Shown here piece by piece: positions 34,250 through 43,597 of a stretch of DNA of 64,000 nucleotides. Position 1 is the first letter of the stretch, and each line of letters opens with the position of its first letter. Below the pieces are notes generated by a model that searched no databases, was not told the DNA's origin, and worked only from the letters and a program-made list of their open reading frames with translations. The position numbers were made by a program, and so were the translations under genes. The DNA is taken from IMG/VR virus record IMGVR_UViG_3300011934_000017, positions 124,001 through 188,000 of that record; one strand, written 5' to 3'.

Positions 34250-35230
34250 ATGAGCGATGCCCGTCAAATAATATTCGATGAAATAACGTCCAAGATAGGT
34301 GGTAGCAAAAAGCTGGCTGGCGACACCTATATGATATGTTGCCCTTACCACAGCGACAGCACACCGTCTGGAGGTATCAACCTGGCGGTAGAGTCGAACA
34401 TACCACTAGGCTACTATCACTGCTTTGGTTGTGGAGAGAAACGTCATTGGAACTCATTGGCTGAGACGCTAGGTCTTCACCAGTTCAAAGATTGGGAATT
34501 GTCTTTCAAAGGAAATGGAGGCACAGAAAAGAGAAAATCAAAGACGGTAACCTATGAGACACATAAACAAGAATTGCGTCGGTCACTCAACACGTATGAA
34601 AGCATCGACTGGCCTGCGAATATGTCATGGCGAGGCTATAACGGTACCCTACTGCGTAAGCTTGGTGGCGTCTTTTATAATGATCCGATGACAGATCAAG
34701 TAATGCTGTTCTTTCCTGTGTACATAAATAAAAAGTACAAAGGTGGCGTAAGAGCTTACCTAGAAAAACAAACAAACGGCCTTAGCTATCTGACAACGAA
34801 AGGAGAGTGGGTAAAAGACTACGGTCTTCTTGGTTACGAGTACATAAAACGTATTATGCGAAAGCGACAGTATACTGCGGTCGTGCTTGTTGAAGGACCA
34901 AGAGATATGCTTCGACTGATAGACAACAAGATACCTGCATTGGCTGTACTAGGTTCCGAAAACTTCTCAGAGAAAAAGCTTTTACGTGTGCTGGCGCTTA
35001 ATTCTTATATAGAAACAATATACGTGATGCCAGATAACGATAAAGCAGGAACCAAGATGTACTCAATCGTTAAACGAGTAGCCAAAGATATGGTAAAAGT
35101 GAAAAGACTGAAGCTGCCTCGTGAGAAAGACATGGAAGGCAATCTGATTAAAATGGATCCAGATGATGCACCGATCGGTCTTATTCAGCAAGTGAAAAAG
35201 ATTATAGAAGCAAGCCGAAAAGCCGCGTAA
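34250..35230 (+). CDS. dnaG: DNA primase (Zn finger plus TOPRIM)
   Basis: CPYH.D..PS...HCFGC; LVEGPRD; MPDNDKAG. Confidence 0.92.
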   Translation: MSDARQIIFDEITSKIGGSKKLAGDTYMICCPYHSDSTPSGGINLAVESNIPLGYYHCFGCGEKRHWNSLAETLGLHQFKDWELSFKGNGGTEKRKSKTVTYETHKQELRRSLNTYESIDWPANMSWRGYNGTLLRKLGGVFYNDPMTDQVMLFFPVYINKKYKGGVRAYLEKQTNGLSYLTTKGEWVKDYGLLGYEYIKRIMRKRQYTAVVLVEGPRDMLRLIDNKIPALAVLGSENFSEKKLLRVLALNSYIETIYVMPDNDKAGTKMYSIVKRVAKDMVKVKRLKLPREKDMEGNLIKMDPDDAPIGLIQQVKKIIEASRKAA

Positions 35231-35252
35231 TAAAAACACACAGTTCAGACAC

Positions 35253-35280
35253 AAAAAAGGCCGCATTTGCGGCCTTTTTT
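35253..35280. terminator. bidirectional terminator
   Basis: AAAAAAGGCCGCA-TT-TGCGGCCTTTTTT. Confidence 0.9.
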
Positions 35281-35306
35281 GTGTCTATGGTAAATGCTTA
35301 GAAGAT

Positions 35307-35927
35307 TTATTCGTCTTCCATTACATCCATAGCTTCGACACACCATGCTTTCAGCTCGGCACTGGATGTGTTATCCATGAGGTACTGGACGTCTTTTGCG
35401 TTCATTGTATCAAGCTTAGTCTCAAGCTCTACAATCAAGTCCTCAACGCCTTCTTCTGAAGCGCGTAGCAGAATGTTTTGTACAAACTGGCTAACGTCAT
35501 CTTTGGCTTTCGGAGGCTCTGCGTTAACGCTTTCTTCGACAGGTGCTTGGAAGCTCAGGTCGTTGTCTTCTTGCAGAACGTCGAAGATGCGGTCGTATTC
35601 TTTCTGGGCACGAGGATCTTGTAGAAATTCCTCTGCGCTTTCGCTGCTAACGATATGTACGAAACCGCGAGCAACCAAACGACGGAAGTTAGGGTTGCGA
35701 AGAACGTCTTCTTTGGTAGCAAAGGTAGATAGATCGACCGGAATGAAAGTAACCGGTACCTGTACAGAAATTTTCTGTTGACCAGAATCTACCACAACAA
35801 AGTTTACGTTGCCGCGCGGATTGCTTTTGTTCAGCACGTAAATTTGTGAAGAGTCAGACTTTTCAGCCTGTGCTACGTTTTGACGATCCATTTTTACTTT
35901 AATAGGCATTATTGTCTCCTCAGACAA
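35307..35927 (-). CDS. hypothetical protein
   Basis: 206-aa ORF overlapping the upstream stop; SD GAGG. Confidence 0.75.
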   Translation of the reverse strand: MSEETIMPIKVKMDRQNVAQAEKSDSSQIYVLNKSNPRGNVNFVVVDSGQQKISVQVPVTFIPVDLSTFATKEDVLRNPNFRRLVARGFVHIVSSESAEEFLQDPRAQKEYDRIFDVLQEDNDLSFQAPVEESVNAEPPKAKDDVSQFVQNILLRASEEGVEDLIVELETKLDTMNAKDVQYLMDNTSSAELKAWCVEAMDVMEDE

Positions 35928-36474
35928 CGTTATTGAAAAGGGTGTTTCCAGAGTCCAGAATCTTCAAAGCTTTTTGTGCAGCTAGAAAATCCTTATTGCT
36001 AAGTTGAAGGGCGTCTTTGAGTTTGAATTTGGCTCCTACTATTGAGGTTGTAAGGCTTTCATCAAATATCAGAGTAAGCATCCAAGTTTCGAAATGAAGC
36101 TTTTTCAGAGTCAAAGGTTCAGAGGTTATCAGGTCGTCGATTATATTGGATTTGCCTTCTACATAATTGAAACCATCTGTCTCTGTTTTTGTTTCAGTCA
36201 GAACAGAAATAATCCGCTGTAACATAATCAAATGTTTAACCTGCTCAACAGCCCTTTTTCTCAGTTTAGTAACGTCTTTTACCGAAAGCTCCTTGTGCGG
36301 AAACTTGTAGTGTAAGAGTTCATGGTCCGAAAAAGGCTTGTCTTCAGAACTAAACGTTATGTCTAGCCCTAAACAGTTATTCCGTGTTCGTGTTGAGTGG
36401 AACTTGCACGTAGTAACGCAACACTTGGTCTTAAACTTGTAACCTGAATGCAAAGGGCACGTCTTTATTTCCAT
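35920..36474 (-). CDS. Cys/His-rich N-terminus hypothetical protein
   Basis: CPLH...CC..TCKFH...C. Confidence 0.7.
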   Translation of the reverse strand: MEIKTCPLHSGYKFKTKCCVTTCKFHSTRTRNNCLGLDITFSSEDKPFSDHELLHYKFPHKELSVKDVTKLRKRAVEQVKHLIMLQRIISVLTETKTETDGFNYVEGKSNIIDDLITSEPLTLKKLHFETWMLTLIFDESLTTSIVGAKFKLKDALQLSNKDFLAAQKALKILDSGNTLFNNVV

Positions 36475-36499
36475 GAAACCTCCAGTCCGCGTAGTAGTG

Positions 36500-36507
36500 T
36501 ATTTACA
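36500..36507 (-). promoter_or_regulatory. TGTAAATA motif
   Basis: At the ruvC stop, about 25 nt upstream of start 36474. Confidence 0.55.
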
Positions 36508-37087
36508 ACTTTGGACTAGATTCGAAGTGGTTTAGGAAAGAGTTTAGTCTGTTAGGTCCTTCCAAACATTCAAATGGTTCTAAGTCAAAATGCTTGCAAG
36601 CATGATAGATTCCCATAAGCGAACAGTCCAGTTCGTGCACCGTTTTTCTTTCAGCTTTTGGCAGAGGTTTTACCAGCTCTTTGAGTTCATCGTAAAGCTC
36701 ATTCAGAGGTTTAACGTCTTCCTCTTTGAACCTTCGGTTGAAGCTGTTCTTCCAGGTCGATGCGGTGTACAGATGGAGTTGCGGGTACAAAGTCACAAGA
36801 ATACCGAGCATCATGTTGATGGACTCTATGGTAATTCCTTTGAGACCTCTTGATTGAAAGCGTTCAGCAACAACCAAATCAAAAGGACCGAACTCGCTTT
36901 CCAGACTAAGAATTTCTGCCATGAAGCTGCGATACTCGTTACGAATCGTAGCAGGGTTTTTAATCGTGTCGTAAACAAGCTTGGTTCCCATAACGCGAAT
37001 TTTTAAGCGGGAGCTTGATGCGAGTTTAATAACGGATGCGGCGTAGTTTGTGGTGCCGGGGTCCATTGAGAGTACAGTTATTGTCAT
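36503..37087 (-). CDS. ruvC: RuvC-like Holliday junction resolvase
   Basis: VLSMDPGTTNYA, VVAERF, TWK, HELDC; ATG at 37087 with SD GGAGG. Confidence 0.8.
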   Translation of the reverse strand: MTITVLSMDPGTTNYAASVIKLASSSRLKIRVMGTKLVYDTIKNPATIRNEYRSFMAEILSLESEFGPFDLVVAERFQSRGLKGITIESINMMLGILVTLYPQLHLYTASTWKNSFNRRFKEEDVKPLNELYDELKELVKPLPKAERKTVHELDCSLMGIYHACKHFDLEPFECLEGPNRLNSFLNHFESSPKL

Positions 37088-37172
37088 GGGGACCCTCCAT
37101 AGGTATATAGCGCAAATTACTAAACGAAGGTCTGATAATTTCAATTACATGCTAGAGTCTCAGGAGAATGAC

Positions 37173-38327
37173 ATGGCTAGAATACGCAGAGGTACGGGAG
37201 GCAAGCTCCGTAAAAATGCAAAGAACTTTACGCACAAACAAGCGCAAGCACGTTTGCAAGAAACGGTAGCACCCTTTAACAAACAGGTAGATAACTCGCT
37301 ACGAGTAAATGCTGTAGAGATTGATTATTACCAGACACAAAACAAAATAGGCAGACCATGTACTTGCGACAAGATACAAATATATGATGAACAAAAGACG
37401 CGAGACGGTGGCAGCAATTCAAATCATATAGAACCAGTTGTACCTACCGTAGACGAAGACAGTAGCTCAAGATTAGATATTGAGCTTCAGGACGACAATC
37501 TGTTTGGTGATGGGCCTGCTGAAAAGCTGTACGGTGAAAACGTATATGATGTTAGTGGTTCCGACAATCTGAAAGACGACGATATTCCTGACGAAATATA
37601 TCGAAACATGTTGGCAGGCGAAGGCGACGTAGCCATGTCTGAAACCTCCATGTTCGGTTCAAATGCTAACTGTGGAATATGCTATCGTGTAGGTTTCCAG
37701 CCGGGGTACAAGTCATACGGCAAACAGCGTACATTGTTGACCACGTGGGACATTAAAGACATAAGCAGTTATAATGTTGTCACGACCGAGACACCTAATA
37801 AGATGCGGCGTCAAGGCCCCAAAACAGACTACACGTTTGTTGAGTTCACCTTGTTCGTTCCGAAGTATTTCAAGTCTTGTATTTTCAGCATTCGAAACAA
37901 CACACAGATTCTACAAGGTGAGCGGATTCGAGCGTTTAACCAACCGCTGACTTTGAAAACGTTGAAAGACAATGCAGGCAAAGAAATTGTGGTTCGAGTG
38001 GATGCGTTGGAGTTCACGCATATTGTTGTCGAGTTTGATCTAGGTGTTCAAAAGACATATGCCAATCTAGGACCAGAAAGCCAAGCGCTTGACTATTCCA
38101 AGATGGATGCGCTTTCAAACTTTCCTTTAGTTCTTCCTCCTTCTATTCACGAGGTCAATACAGGTGATGTTATAGTCATCAAAGACCGAAAACTGGTACT
38201 AAAAATCATAGACCTGGAGAGAAAGATAACAGCAGATAAGAGGCAATTAGAATGGACAGTTCAAACTCGACTAATCCAAAAAACAGAACCCTTGAGAGAC
38301 ATTGCGAAGGGCATGAAGATTCTGTAG
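37173..38327 (+). CDS. probable virion/structural protein
   Basis: SD CAGGAG before ATG 37173; CTC and CGIC..VGF..GY motifs; beta-rich C-terminus; function is inference. Confidence 0.7.
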   Translation: MARIRRGTGGKLRKNAKNFTHKQAQARLQETVAPFNKQVDNSLRVNAVEIDYYQTQNKIGRPCTCDKIQIYDEQKTRDGGSNSNHIEPVVPTVDEDSSSRLDIELQDDNLFGDGPAEKLYGENVYDVSGSDNLKDDDIPDEIYRNMLAGEGDVAMSETSMFGSNANCGICYRVGFQPGYKSYGKQRTLLTTWDIKDISSYNVVTTETPNKMRRQGPKTDYTFVEFTLFVPKYFKSCIFSIRNNTQILQGERIRAFNQPLTLKTLKDNAGKEIVVRVDALEFTHIVVEFDLGVQKTYANLGPESQALDYSKMDALSNFPLVLPPSIHEVNTGDVIVIKDRKLVLKIIDLERKITADKRQLEWTVQTRLIQKTEPLRDIAKGMKIL

Positions 38328-39742
38328 GAAGAAAGAATTACATTGTCACCGTAAAAAGAAATGTCGTCAAAGAAGACGTGCTGGATGAATTACAGCGCCC
38401 AGAATGCGGATGCGTCCATCGAAGCGTCGAAGTAACCGACTTCCAATCGTTGAGCAGAAGGAATTTCACAGTAGCTTTGACTGTGGAAGAGCGGGATATC
38501 CTGAGAGAAAGCGACAATGTGGTTGATGTTGTTTTGGAAGAAGGCTTCAATAGAATGAAGCCTGTGCTTGAAGAGCAACTGATTAATCCTGCTTTTGAGA
38601 ATAGCGCTTCAAGCACCCACGACAACTGGGCTCTGGATCATTGTGCGTTTCGAAACGGATACAAGTACATTTACTCGCACACCGGAAAGAACGTAGACAT
38701 AATCTTCATTGACTCAGGTGTGGACCCTAATCACTCTGAGTTCGAACAGAACGGTGTATCCAGAGTCCGCGTTATTGAATGGGAAGCTGGACAGTTCAGC
38801 ACTAAGCCAGATCAATACGTAGACACGGAGGGTCATGGGACTGGTGTGTCTAGCTGTGGTGTAGGCAAAAGACAAGGCTTCGCAAAAGACAGTGACATAT
38901 ATAGCATAAAGATTTTTGATAATGATGCCTACAGCCCGTTAAAAGCGTTGCAGCTTGCGCGTACTTGGCACAATCAAAAGACGAACGGTCGTCCTACCAT
39001 AGTGAACAATAGCTGGGGATATTCAGCGGAGTATCCACCTGGGCATCCTAAAGCAGGACAAAAGCATCCTGTTCAAGTAGCTGTGATAGATGCTGAAATC
39101 GAATCCATGATAGACGCGGGCATTATAGTAGTAAGCGCAGCAGGAAATGAAAATCACCACGTAGCCGCAGAAGGCACTGCCGAATACGATGATTTTTACT
39201 ACACAGACAGCAGCGGTAACTACACCGAAATTATGGAGGATGCTGCATACTTTGATAGGAACAATCGATACACGCCGGGCGGTTCTGCCGAGACGATATG
39301 CGTTGGTTCAATAGGTGAGTTCTATCCTACTTCCAGATTCATAAGGTCATGGTTTTCTAATTTTGGAAGTAGGGTAGACATATTTGCTCCAGGACGTGTG
39401 ATTCAGTGTGCTCAGTCCTTAACAACAAACGATCTAAAGAAAACCAATGGTACTTCTTTTTCTTCCGGCATTCTGAGCGGTATAATTGCGCTTTGGTTAG
39501 AGATAAACCCGACTGCGAATCAAATGGATGTTAGAAAATGGCTGAGTAGGCATGCCTTTTCAAGCGAGGTCGTAGGCAGTTTAGAAGGTGCAGAAAATCA
39601 AACAGCCAGAGTATTGTTCAACGGTGTCAGAGCAGCTAAAGACACTCCTCATACAATACTGTTGAAGCAAGGTAATCAATGGTATCCAGTACAACATATA
39701 ACCAGCAATAAACGAGCCGTATATGGCAGGAGAATTTCATGA
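38252..39742 (+). CDS. subtilisin-like S8 serine protease
   Basis: Triad motifs IFIDSGV (D), GHGT (H), NGTSFS (S); oxyanion AAGNE; I9-like NYIVTVK prodomain. Confidence 0.9.
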   Translation: MDSSNSTNPKNRTLERHCEGHEDSVGRKNYIVTVKRNVVKEDVLDELQRPECGCVHRSVEVTDFQSLSRRNFTVALTVEERDILRESDNVVDVVLEEGFNRMKPVLEEQLINPAFENSASSTHDNWALDHCAFRNGYKYIYSHTGKNVDIIFIDSGVDPNHSEFEQNGVSRVRVIEWEAGQFSTKPDQYVDTEGHGTGVSSCGVGKRQGFAKDSDIYSIKIFDNDAYSPLKALQLARTWHNQKTNGRPTIVNNSWGYSAEYPPGHPKAGQKHPVQVAVIDAEIESMIDAGIIVVSAAGNENHHVAAEGTAEYDDFYYTDSSGNYTEIMEDAAYFDRNNRYTPGGSAETICVGSIGEFYPTSRFIRSWFSNFGSRVDIFAPGRVIQCAQSLTTNDLKKTNGTSFSSGILSGIIALWLEINPTANQMDVRKWLSRHAFSSEVVGSLEGAENQTARVLFNGVRAAKDTPHTILLKQGNQWYPVQHITSNKRAVYGRRIS

Positions 39743-40356
39743 ACGACAAGAGCCTAGAAATTTCAAAGAACATGGTAGTATTAGCACGTCGTCGCAAAGG
39801 TAAAGGAAAGAAGCGTGGTTCAGCGCGTAGCCAGATGCTAAAGATGGTCATGCCTATGCTTTCCCGTGAACATGGAGAGAAACTAGCAGAAGCTATCGAA
39901 CACAATAACGTAAGTCTGCTACGCCGCACATGGGATTCAATTAAACATGATCTATCGGAAAAGCTGGCGAATGAAGCTACTGCCAGCGACTTTGCTTCTG
40001 AAGTCCAAGAAATCTTTGATAAAGTCTTTAAAGACCTTGAAGAAGAGTTTCTTTCACAATCAGCGTCTAAGAACAGAGGACGTTTGTTAACAGGCACCGC
40101 GCGTATTCCCTCTTTGACTCGTGATCTAATTGCAGATGGTTATGTTGAATTTACCGATGCAAAAAATAACGTCTATACTGTGACTATCACGCAGCTTGGT
40201 GTTAAGAAAGTTGGAAATCCTCAACCAATAATCTATGCAGGCGCTTTAATTACCTCTGATTCCGGAATGAAAGAAGGTATATCTGCTTCTGGAATTTATG
40301 CTGACGTTTGTTCGGAGATTATTATTTCTGCTATGTCGCTGTCAGAAAACGATTAA
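39739..40356 (+). CDS. hypothetical protein
   Basis: ATGA-coupled to the protease gene. Confidence 0.75.
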   Translation: MNDKSLEISKNMVVLARRRKGKGKKRGSARSQMLKMVMPMLSREHGEKLAEAIEHNNVSLLRRTWDSIKHDLSEKLANEATASDFASEVQEIFDKVFKDLEEEFLSQSASKNRGRLLTGTARIPSLTRDLIADGYVEFTDAKNNVYTVTITQLGVKKVGNPQPIIYAGALITSDSGMKEGISASGIYADVCSEIIISAMSLSEND

Positions 40357-40372
40357 ACCTACCGAAACCTCT

Positions 40373-40400
40373 AAAAAGGGCGGCAAATGCTGCCTTTTTT
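40373..40400 (+). terminator. intrinsic terminator
   Basis: AAAAAGGGCGGC-AAAT-GCTGCC-TTTTTT. Confidence 0.75.
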
Positions 40401-41360
40401 CGTGTCTGAAGCGTGACGCTGAAACATCAAATGTAACAGAGTGTTAACCATGCAAAAGCACTCTACAGGGCTGTTTGAAAGCATTGGGGGCGTCATCCAT
40501 GCAAAACCAATGCTTTTGCATGTCTGTAAGCAAAATACCTTGTTACAATTCGTTACAAAAAAGTTTTGTGTGGAAGAAATGCGTTTTTAGACCGTTTGGA
40601 GCCTCTGTCCTGTTAAAAAACGTCAAAATATCAACCTTGTTTTTTAGACGCCTTAAAATCAGGCTAAAAATCACTCATTTTTAACGATTTCCTCAAAACC
40701 AAAAAGTGTCAATACGCAGTATTGGCGCAGATTGCGTTGAGCAGCAAAGCGTGAAGAGCTAAGCGAGGCGCAGCCGAGCATTAGCGATGATGCTTGAGTA
40801 ATGCCTCAGCAAACAAGAGACGCTAGGCGGCGCGAACACTTAGAGCCCGTCTCGTCCAGAAGCGTTGAGCGCAGCGAATAAGCGAAGGGGTTCCAAGCGA
40901 AGCGTTAAGCGTTCCAAGCGCTGCGAGGCAGCGCGATAGCAACGAGCGTAGCGAGTTGCTTAAAAGAACCTATCCTACGCGATCCTACGACTGATTCATT
41001 TAAAGAACGTTAAGCAATTAAAAATTGCATTCTTTTGGATCATGTTAAAACAGGCCGAACTCTGTCTTTGCTAAGACCATAGCAGACCTTAAAACAAGGT
41101 GAATTAATAGGACGTGTGGAATTAAATGAGCCAGTCGTAGGACTGCGTAGTGTTGTATAATGTTAAAGGTCCAACTCGCTACGCTCGTCGTCCCTAACGC
41201 TGCTTCGCAGCGTTTCTCTAATCCTTTCCGCTTCGCGGTACCGCGGGCTAACGCCCGCTCTCGCTCACTTCGTTCGCTCACCTTAAAAAACCTAATTTGT
41301 CAGTTCAAAAATCAAAGTCTTTTCAAGACAAACTTTTTAAATGAAAAACTTTTGTTGCGC
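40401..41360. other. about 1-kb non-coding region, candidate replication origin
   Basis: A/T tracts, then a purine-rich GCGAAGC/GAGCG flank, an AT-rich core and a mirror pyrimidine-rich hairpin flank; 17-bp inverted repeat 40942-40958 / 41172-41188. Confidence 0.5.
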
Positions 41361-41368
41361 GCTTTAAG

Positions 41369-41376
41369 TGTAAATA
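41369..41376 (+). promoter_or_regulatory. TGTAAATA motif upstream of the modification operon
   Basis: 33 nt before ATG 41410. Confidence 0.6.
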
Positions 41377-41409
41377 TTGAACAGATTATATGGAAAACCG
41401 GAGATTACG

Positions 41410-42885
41410 ATGGGAAAACAGTTACCCGAAGAGCTAAGGTATCAGCTTCTTGTTTTCGACTATAAGAAAGCTAACAAGGCACGCAAGCTCTGGAAAAAAC
41501 GTAAAGGAGATAAGGATAAAGAAGCCCATAAAAAGTTTTGCTATGGATTAGGAGCAAAGCTAGACGTTTCTCCGAAAGTAGTTAGCTTCATCGTCAAAAA
41601 CAATAAATGGGCAGATCAAAAGCCCGCAGAGCATGTAAAATCATTACCAACAGGCCTTCAAGAATACGATAAACCTTCTTTGAAGCCTGAAGCCTTAGTC
41701 AGAGGAAGAGAATTATACATATCTCCTAAAAACTGGCGCAGGCTCAACGAGCATTACACCAAAGGAAAAATAAAGAAAGCTATTGTTCGCGCTGTTAGAA
41801 AGCTAGATTTACCTGCACCTGTTCAACCTATAAGCCAAGAGCAAGCAGATGATAGCTTTCGAGCACTGAAAAAGTTGCGTTCTGACAGCATGATAAAACG
41901 TATGCCTACCTGCACACGGTGGGATTATAAATACGGTATTTCCGACGTTGTTATTGACGCACCTCGAACAGGAAACGAATGCTCAAACTTTTATCATCAG
42001 GAGTCACGTTGGTGGTGCGACTATCAGAGTATTCCGTCACCGATGAAAGTATGGAATTCTGATCTTCACATGTATTCCATGATGAATGCTTTATGGACGT
42101 TGAAGTTTAAGAAGATTACAGGACCAGAGCTTCGCACAGCTATAAGTGTCCGTAAATATGTGGCTAGTCAGTTTAAACCTTCTGCCGCCAAAGCGTTTTA
42201 CGAGCTATTTGACTGCAAGCACGTTTACGATCCTTCCAGTGGCTGGGGAGACCGTCTAGCAGGCTTCATGGCAGCTAAATGCACCAAGTCCTATTGCTCT
42301 ACGGATCCCAACAGCAGACTGTACGACGACTATGAATTGCAGAAAAATCGGTACGGTGGAAAGAAAGAAATAAACATGTACTGTCACGGTAGTGAAATCA
42401 AAGGTGGTGTTCGCAAGATGTACGGACACAGAGTTGATACTGTCTTTACTTCGCCTCCTTATTTCAATGCCGAACGCTACAGCGAAGACGAAGGCCAAAG
42501 CTTTAGGCAGTTTGATGAAATAAGTGCGTGGCGTGAAAATTTCCTGTTTCCTTCTTTGAAAAATGCGTGGAATGCTTTGACTTCAGAAGGTGAACGCGGT
42601 GGCATTCTAGCAATCAATATTTCGGACATATACAACTCTTCGGATAAAACTCGCGGTGAGATATGCGACCCTATGAACGATTACATATCTTCGCTGAAAG
42701 GTGCTCGATACATCGGTTGTATTGGTTTGCGTCTAGCTAAACGTCCTGAGAGCGGTGCACTTGAAGGTAAACAAGGTGCAAGTATCGAACCTATCTGGGT
42801 CTGGGCTAAAGGTGGCTCTTGGGAGCTAGACGATTATATAGATAACGGATTTAAGACTAAGAAAGTAAAAGGTCTTTGGGGATAA
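41410..42885 (+). CDS. DNA amino-methyltransferase (N4-C/N6-A type)
   Basis: FKPS.AK, SAM motif YDPSSGWGDRL, catalytic FTSPPYF; SD GGAG before ATG 41410. Confidence 0.85.
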   Translation: MGKQLPEELRYQLLVFDYKKANKARKLWKKRKGDKDKEAHKKFCYGLGAKLDVSPKVVSFIVKNNKWADQKPAEHVKSLPTGLQEYDKPSLKPEALVRGRELYISPKNWRRLNEHYTKGKIKKAIVRAVRKLDLPAPVQPISQEQADDSFRALKKLRSDSMIKRMPTCTRWDYKYGISDVVIDAPRTGNECSNFYHQESRWWCDYQSIPSPMKVWNSDLHMYSMMNALWTLKFKKITGPELRTAISVRKYVASQFKPSAAKAFYELFDCKHVYDPSSGWGDRLAGFMAAKCTKSYCSTDPNSRLYDDYELQKNRYGGKKEINMYCHGSEIKGGVRKMYGHRVDTVFTSPPYFNAERYSEDEGQSFRQFDEISAWRENFLFPSLKNAWNALTSEGERGGILAINISDIYNSSDKTRGEICDPMNDYISSLKGARYIGCIGLRLAKRPESGALEGKQGASIEPIWVWAKGGSWELDDYIDNGFKTKKVKGLWG

Positions 42886-42886
42886 T

Positions 42887-43597
42887 ATGGCACATATCAT
42901 TGAAGCAAACAGTATCGACAGTCTTTGGTATCGTACTATGAATACCTTACTGACTGAAGGCGATAAGATTAGCGGTATTCAAGAAATTCCTAATCTGATC
43001 TTGGTTCTTAAAAAGAATTTTCGATCCTCTGAGTTTTTCGATAAAGAGTTTCGTCGTATTTTTGGAGACGAACGAATAGACTTTGCATCTTCTGTAACGT
43101 TTGTTCCTCCGAAAGAAGGCATGGTAAGTCCTTCATACGAACAGAATGAGCCCAAAGCTAAGTGGACGAAAACTTACTGGGGTCGTATGATCAGTTTTGA
43201 CGGAAGTGTTAATCAGATTGAGGAAGCAATCAAAAAGCTTTCTAAAGGTAAGAATACCAAGATGATTTCTATAGGTATTTATGCGCCTTCTTCCGATCAT
43301 CGCAAAGTCATGGGTGGTGTGCCTTGTATGACTGCTATCGATATAAAGCCTAGAAATGGAAAGATTGATCTATCTGTTTTCATGAGGTCTATGCGATTCT
43401 CTAAGTCGGGTTATGGAGACGTTCATGCCTTGTGTGAACTAGGTAAATATATCTGTGAGCGCTCTAACATGGAAATGAACAGCCTCACCATGTTTGCGAC
43501 CTCTGGACACACTTTTTACTCTGGTGAAGAGTTTACAAACTGTAAAGCTCTTATGGAATCAATGAAAGAACGCAAAGCAGAGAAGGTAAGAATATGA
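42887..43597 (+). CDS. thymidylate-synthase-fold nucleotide-modifying enzyme (atypical)
   Basis: YWGRM...NQI, VPC (nucleophile Cys), RNGKI...FMRS, final D eleven residues after R, GHTFY. Confidence 0.75.
   Translation: MAHIIEANSIDSLWYRTMNTLLTEGDKISGIQEIPNLILVLKKNFRSSEFFDKEFRRIFGDERIDFASSVTFVPPKEGMVSPSYEQNEPKAKWTKTYWGRMISFDGSVNQIEEAIKKLSKGKNTKMISIGIYAPSSDHRKVMGGVPCMTAIDIKPRNGKIDLSVFMRSMRFSKSGYGDVHALCELGKYICERSNMEMNSLTMFATSGHTFYSGEEFTNCKALMESMKERKAEKVRI

Noticed and set aside
40475-41465. Short ORFs 40475-40684, 41045-41281 and 41160-41465
   Set aside because: No RBS, atypical composition, and they run through hairpin clusters; the region reads better as non-coding.
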